Notes: generated by a model from the sequence alone, not told the origin. Shown: positions 9,897-21,781, counted from the first letter of the stretch. The stretch is DNA of 64,000 nt from an uncultured Candidatus Saccharibacteria bacterium (GCA_964597145.1 CAZQWH010000001.1:15696-79695); one strand, 5' to 3'. A program made the numbers and translations.

Positions 9897-10097
9897 CTAC
9901 CGGTCGTAGTCGTCGAAGTCGACGACCTCGTCGCGATGGTCCTCGCGCCGTCGTTCTTGCTCCTCCTCCAGCTCCTGAGGAGTGAACCATCCTTGACGAC
10001 CATTAGCTGCGCCGAAGCGTCGGCCATCATCGACGTCGATGATGCCTCGCCGGTTACCCTCGAAGTCGTCAGTGGTCCGACAAAATCCAGTAGCCAT
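9897..10097 (-). CDS. Small acidic orphan protein (66 aa, MATGFCRTTDD...)
   Basis: AAGGAG SD before the ATG at 10097, TTGACA-17-TATACT promoter at 10212-10184, and a downstream hairpin. Confidence 0.6.
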   Translation of the reverse strand: MATGFCRTTDDFEGNRRGIIDVDDGRRFGAANGRQGWFTPQELEEEQERRREDHRDEVVDFDDYDR

Positions 10098-10663
10098 GGG
10101 GTCTCTCCTTGATTTCCACACAGCGCCGTAGAGGCGTTGCCCACAGTGGGCGACCTAGGAATCCATCCCAGGAATATTTACGCAGTATATATTATATAGT
10201 GATAAATGTCAAAAACTATAGGATTATACTAACTAGGTAATACAATCCTGCGGATAGTTCATTGCTATTGTAGTCGCCGCTACAATAGTATTTCCTCATT
10301 CTAATAGCTAAAGCTAAATAGACCTGCGCCTAATTGCCAGCATTGCTATTAAGGTTGTTTATTTAGTGCTTAAGATCCCCGTTTGCTCTGCGACTCTGTT
10401 CGGAGTCTGCGGCCCAAGAATGACAAGTAGATTGAAAGTCATATCAACTTCCATCTAACTCCTATTCATTAAATATCTCCACTACTAGCTCCCGCATTCT
10501 GATTCAACATTCACTATTCAACCTCCGTAGTCCAACCTTCGATCTCCGAATTCCTATCTTCTGCATCCCGCCTCCCAGGTCTCAAATTCAATCTCCAACC
10601 TCCTGCTCCTAAGCGGCATAAGTTGTATCGGCCAAGCAAGTTGTAGTACCATGGAGGCTAATT

Positions 10664-12097
10664 ATGGATACTCCTGCGAGCCAGCCAGCTGTCAACCCAG
10701 CCCCTTCTACTCCTGCGCCCACCCCAACTCCAGTACCAGCATCAACCTCTGGAGGCGGATCAGGAAAGAAATTATTGTTTATAGCCGTTGGCGCCTTACT
10801 GCTGATCTTGATTTTGGGACTCGTAGCCTTCTACTTTTTGCGTGGTAACCAGGCCAACTCCAACAAACCAGTAACCCTAACCTATTGGGGATTATGGGAA
10901 TCGCCCGAAATCATGCAGCCGCTGATTGATCAATATCATCAAGACCATCCCAATGTCACCATCAACTATGAGCAACGCCCTATCGACCAGCACTATGCTA
11001 CAGTCAAGGCTCGGATTAGCCAGGCCAGCACCAGCAATAACCAGCCAGACATTGTACGGGTTCATAATTCTTGGGTTCCAGTTTTAGCTAATTATTTATC
11101 ACCGGTACCAGCTAGTGCCTACAGCCGCGAAGAATACGAATCAGTTTTTTATAACGTTACCAAAGATAACCTATTACTTAATGGTCAGTATTACGGCATT
11201 CCATTAATGATGGATGGTTTAGCCTTAGTTTATAATCAGGAGTTATTTAATACAGCTGGAATCTCGGCTCCGCCTTCTACCTGGGACGACGTGCGCCATG
11301 ATGCAGCCAAAATCACCCAACGTGACCAAAATGGTAACTTGACCATAGCCGGCATTGCCATGGGTAGCGCTAAGAATGTCGATCATTTTGCCGATATTAT
11401 TGGTCTGTTAATGGCTCAAAATAGCGTGGCCTTCAAAGACGGCAATGGCAATGTGGCTTTCGATAAATCTATTTCAGCCGACGGTCGCAACCTGGGCGCA
11501 GAAGCCCTAGCTTTCTTTAACTTATTCTCAACCGTAGAAAAAGGTTGGGACGACACCATGGAGCCATCTACGCTAGCTTTTAGTAAAGGTAAAGTCGGGA
11601 TGATTTTAATACCGTCGTGGCGGGTATTGTCATTGGTAGACCAAAACCCCGAATTGCAAATTAGGGTCGCACCTGTGCCACATTTAACCACCAACCAAAA
11701 AGTAGGCTATGCATCGTATTGGGTAGAGGCAGTGCCAGCCTCCAGCCCAAATCAAGCCGAAGCCTGGAAATTCTTACGCTACTTGTCAGAACGAGAGCAA
11801 CAATTAACCATGTTTAATGCTGCACAGCAAACCCGCAGCTTCGGTGAGCCCTATTCACGCAAAGATTTAGCTGACAGCTTATCCACCGATCCACTACTGG
11901 CACCGTTCGGCAGCCAGGCAGCTAACTACACCAGCTCATTATTTGCAACAAATACCGGTGCCGCCGAGTTAAATGGTGCCATCAATGCCGCCCTCGCCCA
12001 GGCCATAACCCAGGCTAAAACTACCGAATCGGCCGAAGCCGCCCTCACAACATTGGCCGAAAAAGTCACCTCCATCCTCACTCAAGAACGGCAATAA
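10664..12097 (+). CDS. Membrane-anchored extracellular solute-binding protein (family 1, sugar-type)
   Basis: Pro-rich N-terminus plus a TM helix; VTLTYWG, YYGIP...LVYNQELF, PPSTWDD and EAWKFLRYL motifs. Confidence 0.85.
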   Translation: MDTPASQPAVNPAPSTPAPTPTPVPASTSGGGSGKKLLFIAVGALLLILILGLVAFYFLRGNQANSNKPVTLTYWGLWESPEIMQPLIDQYHQDHPNVTINYEQRPIDQHYATVKARISQASTSNNQPDIVRVHNSWVPVLANYLSPVPASAYSREEYESVFYNVTKDNLLLNGQYYGIPLMMDGLALVYNQELFNTAGISAPPSTWDDVRHDAAKITQRDQNGNLTIAGIAMGSAKNVDHFADIIGLLMAQNSVAFKDGNGNVAFDKSISADGRNLGAEALAFFNLFSTVEKGWDDTMEPSTLAFSKGKVGMILIPSWRVLSLVDQNPELQIRVAPVPHLTTNQKVGYASYWVEAVPASSPNQAEAWKFLRYLSEREQQLTMFNAAQQTRSFGEPYSRKDLADSLSTDPLLAPFGSQAANYTSSLFATNTGAAELNGAINAALAQAITQAKTTESAEAALTTLAEKVTSILTQERQ

Positions 12098-12330
12098 CCT
12101 CCGATAGTTCAAACCCCATAATCACCATCCGTCATTCCAACTGGCCTTTAACTGTGAGCGCCGGTAGAATTGGATCGGGAGTCTGTGCCGTAAAAAATAA
12201 ATTCGAAATTCTAAACTTGAAATCTTAAACAAATACTCCGTATAAATCAAAGATTTAGCAGAAGCTCTAAATCATAAATTTTAAATAAGACTCAAGACAA
12301 AAGACAAAAAGACTAAAACCCACCCTCTCC

Positions 12331-12527
12331 CCGTCATTGCGAATAAAATGAAGCAATCTTCTCTATCCCCACCAGGATCTGCCCGCCATGCCGTCGCCGG
12401 CGAAGCGGGCAGATTGCCATAGTCGCCCACGCTCCTCATTCGAGGCTGATCCTTCGACCATGAGCTTGAGACTGTCGAATGGGCAATGAGGCTTGAGTCT
12501 TTAGAGCCGAACGGCTTCGCCATGACG
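12331..12527. repeat. Composite GTCATTGCGA-type palindromic intergenic repeat
   Basis: GTCATTGCGA..GAAGCAATCT..AGATTGCC..CGCCATGAC with nested hairpins. 12331-12391 is similar to the reverse complement of 23577-23636. Confidence 0.7.
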
Positions 12528-12540
12528 TATACTAACCTTC

Positions 12541-12596
12541 TCCAGACTCCAGACTCCAGACTCCAGACTCCAGACTCCAGACTCCAGACTCCAGAC
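12541..12596. repeat. Heptamer tandem repeat (TCCAGAC)8
   Basis: Eight perfect copies read directly from the sequence. Confidence 0.95.
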
Positions 12597-12732
12597 TCCC
12601 GCATCCCGACACCAGACACCCTCCCCATCATTCTAGAACCAAGCACAGCCAAGAGCTAAAATTCCTCCGCTATCCGCTATCCGCTATTTCCAACCTTATA
12701 CGCTGCAATCCAACAGACTCAACTCTCGCCTC

Positions 12733-12787
12733 TTGACAGTCTGAGCTAGCTATCACTATAATAGCACTGCACTTATTCAAGTGCTAA
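12733..12787 (+). promoter_or_regulatory. Sigma70 promoter and CIRCE operator of groESL
   Basis: TTGACA (12733)-18-TATAAT (12757). ATAGCACTG-N9-AAGTGCTAA at 12761-12787 matches CIRCE (TTAGCACTC-N9-GAGTGCTAA). Confidence 0.85.
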
Positions 12788-12843
12788 TTTCAAATTGTAT
12801 AACACAGGTTATTGTAAATATAACGATATAAGGAGGTTTTTAT

Positions 12844-13143
12844 ATGGCAAAATCATCAATTCAACCATTAGCCGATAAAGTTTTAATTAAACCAACTCCC
12901 AAAGAAGAGGTAACGGCTTCGGGTATTGTGCTGCCAGATACCGTGTCTAAGGAGCGTCCTCAAATGGGGGAGATTTTGGCGGTCGGTCCTGGCTCAATAA
13001 CTCCCGAAGGCAAAGTAATTGAACCCCGGGTTAAAGTTGGGCAAAAAGTCTACTTTACCAAGTATGGCCCAACTGAAATAAAAGTAGACGAGGAAGAGCT
13101 GCTGATTGTTGAAGAGAAAGACGTACTGGCGATTATTGCATAA
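12844..13143 (+). CDS. groES: Co-chaperonin GroES
   Basis: IQPLADKV...TASGIVLPD...AVGPG motifs; AAGGAGG SD. Confidence 0.97.
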   Translation: MAKSSIQPLADKVLIKPTPKEEVTASGIVLPDTVSKERPQMGEILAVGPGSITPEGKVIEPRVKVGQKVYFTKYGPTEIKVDEEELLIVEEKDVLAIIA

Positions 13144-13150
13144 TCGCTCA

Positions 13151-14914
<1,764 letters not shown>

Positions 14915-14953
14915 GAAGTTCAAAAGTCAAAAGACATAAGTCACAGTACATAG

Positions 14954-14985
14954 AAAGAGCCCCGATTAAACACCGGGGCTCTTTT
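14954..14985. terminator. Bidirectional intrinsic terminator
   Basis: AAAGAGCCCCG-loop-CGGGGCTCTTTT. Confidence 0.8.
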
Positions 14986-14987
14986 GT

Positions 14988-15320
14988 CTAATCGCTTGGT
15001 GATACATTGTTACTAAGTCTTTGCTTAAGCTCCTCCATGGTGGAGAGAAACTCAGCTTCCAGATCCATACCTAACTCATCAGCAAGCACAATAATCGACC
15101 ACAGGCAATCGGACAACTCGTGGCCCAATTTTTGGTCAATATCTGCCTTGTGGCGGAAATTGTTCTTGGCCATAACCAGTTTGGCTAAGTCGCCTATATC
15201 GCCCATAAAGCCTTGCAGATATTCAGCCACTCCCCACGGCTGATGGCGGTTTCTGTGATTTGCTCTGCGATAGGATTCCTTCACTTCAACGGCTACGGCA
15301 ATCAGCTCCTTGAATTCCAT
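14988..15320 (-). CDS. MazG-like nucleotide pyrophosphohydrolase
   Basis: GFMGDIGDLAK and LGHELSDCLW acidic metal-binding helices. Confidence 0.78.
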   Translation of the reverse strand: MEFKELIAVAVEVKESYRRANHRNRHQPWGVAEYLQGFMGDIGDLAKLVMAKNNFRHKADIDQKLGHELSDCLWSIIVLADELGMDLEAEFLSTMEELKQRLSNNVSPSD

Positions 15321-15378
15321 GTTTACTCCTTAGCTAAGAATGAAACAGTTTATTTAGTATATACAAGATCAGCGATGA

Positions 15379-16302
15379 TTAGTAGTATTTATGCAAGGTA
15401 AACTTTTTAGGTTGTCTGGGTGGGAAAAGTACCTCAATGTCCGGGTAATGGACATGGGTAGGAATGCGGCGAGTTGGTTCGTGGGCAATGGCTTGCTCTA
15501 TAATCCGGCCAACAGTTCCGGGCCGTTCTATGGGGGCTAAATGACCAACTTTAGGCATAAACTGAATCCGCGATTGGGGAATATGCTCAGCTAACATGAC
15601 TTGGGTTTTAATTGGCGCCACAATATCTGTTTCCCCAGCCAAAATAAAGGTTGGCACCGTGACTTTTTGAGCATAGGCATAAAACGGTGCAGCCAAAAAG
15701 CTTTCCAGGCATTCCATAACCACCTGCGGTCGTTGCTCTCGGGAATTTCTGATACCGAGCATCATTAATTCTAGCTTGCGCTTACGACTAACCGTCTTAA
15801 TGGTCACTAAAGACGACACAATTTCAATCAGAGGCGAAGCAAGCCAAGCCTTCCTCCAGCTCGGTGGCAGCTTTTGGCCGATGGCCAATTGGAACTGAGC
15901 CAACGTTTGGCTAAGCGAACGAAATGGTATAGCTGGAGAAATTAAAATAAGATGGTTCAACGATTTAGGATAAAGCGAGGCAAAAACCAGCGAGATCGAA
16001 GCCCCATACGAATGGCCAATCAAATCTACGGTTGGGCGATTAAGCGCGGTCAGAAATCGCTGAATAAAGTGGGCATAATTTTTAATTGTATGTGACTGAT
16101 GGGTAAATGACTGGGACCTGCCATAGCCAGGCAAGTCAAGCAGAATCGTGCAATAATCTTGAAAATAATCGGATAGTTCAGTTAAGGCCTTGTGATTGCC
16201 TTTAAATCCATGCACAAACACCATCGTTTGCACCAGATCGGGATTCCGCATCCAGTAATATACTTTTACTCCATCAATAATAATTGAGTGCCTAGTCAGC
16301 AT
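15379..16302 (-). CDS. Alpha/beta hydrolase
   Basis: FVHGF, DLPGYG, GHSYG nucleophile elbow, GETD and VGH. Start is probably MLTRH at 16302. Confidence 0.9.
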   Translation of the reverse strand: MLTRHSIIIDGVKVYYWMRNPDLVQTMVFVHGFKGNHKALTELSDYFQDYCTILLDLPGYGRSQSFTHQSHTIKNYAHFIQRFLTALNRPTVDLIGHSYGASISLVFASLYPKSLNHLILISPAIPFRSLSQTLAQFQLAIGQKLPPSWRKAWLASPLIEIVSSLVTIKTVSRKRKLELMMLGIRNSREQRPQVVMECLESFLAAPFYAYAQKVTVPTFILAGETDIVAPIKTQVMLAEHIPQSRIQFMPKVGHLAPIERPGTVGRIIEQAIAHEPTRRIPTHVHYPDIEVLFPPRQPKKFTLHKYY

Positions 16303-16594
16303 AACAAACCTAGCTTGCCTGATACATATAGTATAACAAACCAGCAACACCCTACCCCTAAAAGCAACTCCTTTAAGCTCCTACTCGCTACTCCCGACTC
16401 ACAACTATAACCACAATGTGGTTACATATGCTTGGACGTTGATATCCCAGTGGATTGCCATTATAATGACCAACATATTGGGTCCTCAGTAAGCCCTCAT
16501 ACCGAGTGGCTTGCGCGTCATTCGGTAACAACGTTAATGATGTCTTGGGCTAAAGAACTCCGCTTGTTGCCGTTTGGTAGTTAAGGGGAGTTTT

Positions 16595-17557
16595 TTAGTG
16601 CTTTTGCCAGACAGTGATATGGTAACTACCCATACCTTGTTTAATAACTTCGGGGAATAAATAACCGGCTATAGCATTAGCGGTAAATGCAAGTGGATAC
16701 ACTGCAACCAACCCCTTAGTGATAATAGGTAGGCGAAAAAAGAAGTTGGCTAGTCTTTCAAACCGGTAAAGGGTGGGCAATATAAACGCCGACGCGTCTT
16801 CGTCACTAATTACCATCAACCCCTCCTTAGCAGCTTTGGCTAGGACATGGTCATATAGCTCAAATTGCGGTACAGCCATAGCTCTTTCAACCAAAGTTAA
16901 AGCTTTTGCCTTAGTCGTCGGTAGCTGGTGGCGAGGGGTGGTGGAGTAGCCATCAAGCACAATAAAGACTCCGTTCGGCTTAAGTATGCGACCGATCTGT
17001 TGGAATACCAGTTCTTTGTACTGGCTATAACACAAGGCTTCGATGACCAATACCACATCAACGCTAGCATCGGCAAAAATATCTAACCGATGATAATCGC
17101 CAAGTCGAGGATGGTAGTTGGGTAATCTGGCGGACTGTTTAGTGGCGAAGGAAAGCTGGCTCGGCGAAATATCCATGCCCTGAAAGCTTACATCGGGATA
17201 TTTTTGAGCCAGAAGGGCCGATGTAGCTCCTCGGCCAGTAGCTAACTCCACAACTGAGGTGGCGCTTAATTGGTCTATATACCGGGAAGTAATTCTAAAT
17301 GCTTCCTGCAAGTCGCTCTTTTTATACCTGCCATCCCGGCTGATCCCCATATACATTTGATGAGAGAAAGTGTGAAACAGCGAATAAGCCAATCGGTTAG
17401 CTTGGTAGTATCGTTGGATAGCATCAGTGTCGGTTGGTAGTTTTAGAATCTGGTCTAAATTAAAAAACTTAGCTAAAACCCGCAACTTGTATTCAAGTAT
17501 AGAAGAGTCGCTAGTCATAAGGAATGCTGCATTCATACTAATACACCGTTTAACCAA
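16595..17557 (-). CDS. Class I SAM-dependent methyltransferase
   Basis: VVELATGRG, GMDIS and ILKPNG motifs. Start may be downstream (17536 or 17518). Confidence 0.85.
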   Translation of the reverse strand: MVKRCISMNAAFLMTSDSSILEYKLRVLAKFFNLDQILKLPTDTDAIQRYYQANRLAYSLFHTFSHQMYMGISRDGRYKKSDLQEAFRITSRYIDQLSATSVVELATGRGATSALLAQKYPDVSFQGMDISPSQLSFATKQSARLPNYHPRLGDYHRLDIFADASVDVVLVIEALCYSQYKELVFQQIGRILKPNGVFIVLDGYSTTPRHQLPTTKAKALTLVERAMAVPQFELYDHVLAKAAKEGLMVISDEDASAFILPTLYRFERLANFFFRLPIITKGLVAVYPLAFTANAIAGYLFPEVIKQGMGSYHITVWQKH

Positions 17558-17714
17558 TTGTCATTTCAAATTAACTCTGATACTCTGGAATAGACGCTTG
17601 CCTCTTTTCAGAGCAAGATAGACTGGTGTAGGATGGTATCAGATATAGATCTCAGATCGCACTTGCCCTTTAAAAAGGGACAAGTTGACCTTTTTGAAGG
17701 GGGGTGAATATTGT

Positions 17715-17912
17715 ATGGCATTTAGCGTAGTAAGTGATAAATCCGGAAAGACGTATCACCTCCACTCTAAGACTGTTTCGCTTAAGAATACTGGTCGACA
17801 GCAAACAATTTACTTCTTTTCAACTAACCCTGAAGGATCAATCGATCTACCGACGGGTTACCAGGTTGTACAGAACCAACGAAGCGGGCTCCCTTTCCTC
17901 AAACGTGCTTAA
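17715..17912 (+). CDS. Small basic hypothetical protein (65 aa, ending TIYFF...SGLPFLKR)
   Basis: Strong SD AAGGGGGGTGA before the ATG at 17715; terminator at 17945-17982. Confidence 0.75.
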   Translation: MAFSVVSDKSGKTYHLHSKTVSLKNTGRQQTIYFFSTNPEGSIDLPTGYQVVQNQRSGLPFLKRA

Positions 17913-17944
17913 TTGCACAGCCGAGTATTGGGTCCTCAGACAAT

Positions 17945-17982
17945 AACCTCTACATGTTTACTCGAACACTGTAGAGGTTTTT
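17945..17982 (+). terminator. Intrinsic terminator
   Basis: AACCTCTACA...TGTAGAGGTT followed by TTT. Confidence 0.7.
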
Positions 17983-18007
17983 GTTTGGCTTGTTATATAC
18001 TAGAAAT

Positions 18008-19444
18008 ATGAGTTATGAACAAGGTTTAGGCGCGCCAGCTGAAGCAGAACAGTTTAAATTTGGCGCAAAGCCAGCAGCGGAGAAGGCTACTGCTGTAGCT
18101 TTTGGCGAGGATCAATTTTACTCAGAGTCCCCTACGTACGAATTTGAGCCACAGCCAGCCGACACTTTGCACACCTCGTATGGCAAAGTGTTTTTAGAGC
18201 GAACTCTAGAAGAGCACCCTAACCGATCCGAGCAAGAAACGGCCGATGCAGAGAGAGTATTTGCCGAATTTGACCATCAGCAATTTGAAAACCTAGAAAT
18301 AGTTGAGTCTTCGCGTTATCCCGGAGTTAAATTTACTAAATCGACGGTGCATGTATCACCCGAAACTATGAGGCGCATATACGGCAATGAGTCCAATGCA
18401 GCCGATAGCCAAGACACTATTCCGGCTCAGCCAACGGCTAAAAAAACAATTGTCCTTTGGGGCTCTTTTGCTGCACCACCAGATGGCCATGCACTCAGCA
18501 TGGGCGATGCTATTTTTGACCGGGCAATTCAGGAGATTGGTATGGTATCTAATCGGATGGGCAGTCAGCACCCCATAGAGGTCGAGATTCAAATCTTGGG
18601 AGCACCAACTGGGCTAGGTGGTGAGGTGACACCGGAATATGTCAAAGACTTTAAGCAGCGCGGTTTAGACGCTAGCTCCGATATGTATGCCGAATATATT
18701 CAAGAGCATATCTTACCACCTGGCTTTATAGATATGCCTCCAGAGCAGCAAGCCGAGGTAATGCAAGACCAGCAGTTTGTGTTTGAAGGTGCCTCCAGAG
18801 GGGCAATTTTAGCCGATAAAGCTTACAGCCGTATGCCAGAGTCAATACGCCAAATAACAGCCCGCCGCTTAGATAATCCAGCCGGCCATCACGGTGACTC
18901 AAAACTATGGATGCTTAAGGGTTTGCAGGCTGGATTTGGCCTTGTTGGAGAATTTGCCCGGAATCTTATTGATAAGGATCGCCCATTGCGAGAGTTAATG
19001 GCTCAGGATAAAAAGCTTTATGCGGCGATGCGGCAAAAGTTTGGAATTCCTGATAATGAGCCTAAAGACCAAGCCAAGCTGAAAAATGCGGCAATGATAG
19101 CCGAGCTAAAAACATTGGGCAGGGGCGAAAGCTTATCGGAAGATGCAACTCGCCGGTACATCGTCCACGCCGTCAATGATTTACTCACCATGAATCCTTA
19201 CAAACGATCCCGCAAGCTACGGCACGTCAAACCTGGGACGTTGGCTCATAATATGTCAACGACTAATGAAGGCAAAGAATTCTTAATTGAAGGCGGACAT
19301 TTTTTTAAACCATTTGAGCGATATGCCAGCGATGAAGATGGCAACTTAGGGTCTTGGTGGCGGATGATTAATGCTGGAAGGCGAATGAGCGACGAAGTCG
19401 CTCAGAAGGCTGAGGGTGGTGTCAGCGAAACTGACAGGAGATAG
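18008..19444 (+). CDS. Hypothetical protein, possibly a divergent alpha/beta hydrolase fold
   Basis: Long ORF, likely start MSYEQ. FVFEGASRGA gives GxSxG after a beta strand, with a later ND and GGH. Confidence 0.6.
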   Translation: MSYEQGLGAPAEAEQFKFGAKPAAEKATAVAFGEDQFYSESPTYEFEPQPADTLHTSYGKVFLERTLEEHPNRSEQETADAERVFAEFDHQQFENLEIVESSRYPGVKFTKSTVHVSPETMRRIYGNESNAADSQDTIPAQPTAKKTIVLWGSFAAPPDGHALSMGDAIFDRAIQEIGMVSNRMGSQHPIEVEIQILGAPTGLGGEVTPEYVKDFKQRGLDASSDMYAEYIQEHILPPGFIDMPPEQQAEVMQDQQFVFEGASRGAILADKAYSRMPESIRQITARRLDNPAGHHGDSKLWMLKGLQAGFGLVGEFARNLIDKDRPLRELMAQDKKLYAAMRQKFGIPDNEPKDQAKLKNAAMIAELKTLGRGESLSEDATRRYIVHAVNDLLTMNPYKRSRKLRHVKPGTLAHNMSTTNEGKEFLIEGGHFFKPFERYASDEDGNLGSWWRMINAGRRMSDEVAQKAEGGVSETDRR

Positions 19445-19537
19445 GAGATAGGTGGGGCATATCATGTATATTGTATTAGGTATTATGCATGGGGATGGGC
19501 AAGAGATTCGATTCACGATTAACGATAAACGGCTACT

Positions 19538-19635
19538 GTCATTGCGAGAGAACGAAGTGACTGCGGCAATCTACACTAGTTCAATCGAGATCTACTATAT
19601 TTCACAAGATTGCCGCGGCTTCGCCTCGCAATGAC
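19538..19635. repeat. GTCATTGCGA...TCGCAATGAC palindromic repeat
   Basis: Terminal IR GTCATTGCGAG/CTCGCAATGAC and inner IR GCGGCAATCT/AGATTGCCGC. Confidence 0.85.
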
Positions 19636-19745
19636 GGAGCAGTTAGCGCTTTTGAGCTTTGCGTTGTGGCTTTACGTCTTTAAATTTGAGTTTTGACCTT
19701 GTAACCTGTCAAAAGCATGTTGTCTAGTATATGTTTTCTATCTAT

Positions 19746-19786
19746 CTGAGTTAAATAGGGTTAATTATATAATATATTATATAATT
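19746..19786. repeat. AT-only 24-bp palindrome family, copy 1
   Basis: AATTATATAATATATTATATAATT at 19763-19786, preceded by CTGAGTTAAATAGGGTT. Confidence 0.8.
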
Positions 19787-19796
19787 CTTTTTTTCG

Positions 19797-20855
19797 TTAT
19801 TTCAGGCCGAGCTGGGCTAGCTTTTGGTGGTATTTTTTCATTATTTCCGATTGATAGTCGTGGGGGTGAAAGGCTAGGCGGTTGGGCTGGATGGTTTCTT
19901 TGGTGGGTTGGCGCATGATGCGCTGCTGGAATTTGTGGGCAAGACTGTCAAGCCAACTCAGGATGCGGGATGCGGTGAACAGTGACGAGTGACGAGTGAC
20001 GAGTGACGAGGTGAGGGGGGTGTCGTCATCCTGAACTTGATTCAGGATCTGGAGATTGGGGTGTTTGTAGAGGCTAGATCCTGAAGCGAGTTCAGGGTGA
20101 TAATGCATTTCGGTCAATGGGATGCGGGGGGTCGGAGGTCGGAGGTCGGAGGCGGATGAGCGGCTTGGGTACCTAGAAGGCTGAAGGCTGAAGGCTGAAG
20201 GCTGGATTTGGGAGGTTGGGAAATTGGGGAGAAAGTCGGTGATCCAGTTATTGATGTGGATATATTGTTCGTAGGTCTGGTGACGATTGAGGATGGGGAT
20301 GATGTGGGCTAGCTCGTTGGCGACGTAGAGGTTACAGTATTCTTCATTCAGATTGTCAATGGATAGCCACATATTGAGGCACAATTTATTATTGACGCGG
20401 CGGGGATCATCGGTTGGTTTGCGACGCCGACCGGTCAGGTTGAGAAGGAGGATGAGGATGAGGCGGGTCAGCCAGAGTCGGTTTCTGTCAGTGATAATCA
20501 GCAAATCAATATCATCGTCGGCTGTGGGGGTACCGCCGGCGACGGAGCCGGTGATGGCGACTAAATTAATCCAAGGGATTAGCCTAAAAATCCAGAGGGA
20601 TTTTTGGGCAGTTTGTAGTTTGTAGTTTGTAGTTTGTAGTTGGTATTTTTTTTGTTTTGCTAATTCGTTACGATTGTTTAATGTCCACGTGTTGTCTTGA
20701 TGTTTGAAGCTGGGTGACTGAACTTTGGACAGCCATTTGATATCTTTCAATTCATGTTGGATCAGATATTTTGATAATTCTTCGGTGGTGAGGGCCTGAT
20801 TGAATAGGTCAGCGTAAGCAAGAGTTTTAATGATGGCGGATTCGAGTTTATCCAT
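19797..20855 (-). CDS. Nucleotidyltransferase-domain protein carrying in-frame repeat-derived insertions
   Basis: VAITGSVA...DDDIDLLII (GS...DxD). Internal heptamer arrays and a palindromic element are translated in frame. Confidence 0.75.
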   Translation of the reverse strand: MDKLESAIIKTLAYADLFNQALTTEELSKYLIQHELKDIKWLSKVQSPSFKHQDNTWTLNNRNELAKQKKYQLQTTNYKLQTAQKSLWIFRLIPWINLVAITGSVAGGTPTADDDIDLLIITDRNRLWLTRLILILLLNLTGRRRKPTDDPRRVNNKLCLNMWLSIDNLNEEYCNLYVANELAHIIPILNRHQTYEQYIHINNWITDFLPNFPTSQIQPSAFSLQPSRYPSRSSASDLRPPTPRIPLTEMHYHPELASGSSLYKHPNLQILNQVQDDDTPLTSSLVTRHSSLFTASRILSWLDSLAHKFQQRIMRQPTKETIQPNRLAFHPHDYQSEIMKKYHQKLAQLGLK

Positions 20856-20949
20856 GGCTAGTTAGTTGTAACAGATTGGGAATTAGTTAGCAAAAAGAAA
20901 TCCCAGCAGGTTAATACCGCGCTGGGATAATGAATAGCAAGGTGAAATG

Positions 20950-21276
20950 CTACGGGCCAGGTTTGTTCCAAGCTTCACGCTCGGCCTGGATGGCCTGCCA
21001 TTCTTCCGAAGCGTCGTCAATGTCGGCGTGCGCCTGGTTGACTGCATTGAGCTGGACTTGTCGGGAAATCCATTGCTCTAGTTCATGCTGGGCTGCTTCA
21101 ACCGCCTGTGGATTACTCTGAAAGTTTGCTCTCCAGACTAAGGCAAAATCGGCCAATTTGGCGGCAAAGTCTTCGGTAAACTTCGGCTGTTTGAGTAAGT
21201 CTGGATCAGCATCTCGCAAGAATTCGGCAAATATTTGCTGCAGCTCGACTCTTGTGTCGGCGTCTTGGGCACTCAT
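20950..21276 (-). CDS. Orphan hypothetical protein
   Basis: AAGGAGAG SD, helical composition, downstream terminator near 20893-20927. Confidence 0.65.
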   Translation of the reverse strand: MSAQDADTRVELQQIFAEFLRDADPDLLKQPKFTEDFAAKLADFALVWRANFQSNPQAVEAAQHELEQWISRQVQLNAVNQAHADIDDASEEWQAIQAEREAWNKPGP

Positions 21277-21415
21277 GTTGCTCTCCTTTTCCAGCTGGCT
21301 TCACGAAAGCGAACTTGGAAGGATTATAGCATAGTTTTTTCAGATACAGCTGACGACAACTGAAAACAAAACCCCCTCGAACACAGAAATGTGCTGAGGG
21401 GGTGACAAGGAATCT

Positions 21416-21781
21416 TTAGGTTGAGACACCTGGGTCGTTGGTCCACACACCTCGACCACCAATGGCGGTATGACTAAAGACTACTGCTTCAATAATTTCA
21501 CGACGAAGACTTACTTCTATCCCTTCTTTGAAAATGGGCAAAATAAGCTGCTCGGCTTTGGTTGCATCGACATGGTTGGCGCAAACCGCGACATAGATTT
21601 CTCCCCCAAAATTGAGGAGGGTTGCTGTTGCGTGAAGTCTGGCGATGGTTGCCACCCATTGGGCAGTTGCTGCACACACCCTAGCCTGGTTGATAGATTC
21701 AAAGGCAACCACTTTAATCGATACCTCTTCGCGTATGATCTGAGTATCGTCTGGCATTCTCTTTACCTCTCTCTTAAGCAA
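21416..21781 (-). CDS. Orphan hypothetical protein
   Basis: GGAGG SD (alternative ATG at 21757); terminator near 21363-21403. Confidence 0.55.
   Translation of the reverse strand: MLKREVKRMPDDTQIIREEVSIKVVAFESINQARVCAATAQWVATIARLHATATLLNFGGEIYVAVCANHVDATKAEQLILPIFKEGIEVSLRREIIEAVVFSHTAIGGRGVWTNDPGVST

Noticed and set aside
12541-12596. Tandem repeats as a possible CRISPR array
   Set aside because: The units are 7 bp with no spacers. No cas genes or 25-45-bp repeat-spacer arrays were seen anywhere in the window.
12281-12652. 123-aa minus-strand ORF with SLESGVW repeats
   Set aside because: It is a translation of the (TCCAGAC)8 array and palindromic repeats, with no RBS or domain.
16476-17939. 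14-bp direct repeat TATTGGGTCCTCAG flanking the methyltransferase and the small gene, as possible att sites
   Set aside because: Several 14-mer matches are expected by chance in 64 kb, and no integrase is nearby.
19452-19634. 60-aa ORF, and similarly the ORFs at 23573-23887, 38051-38314 and 54067-54471
   Set aside because: They consist largely of palindromic repeat sequence or overlap real genes, so they are most likely spurious.
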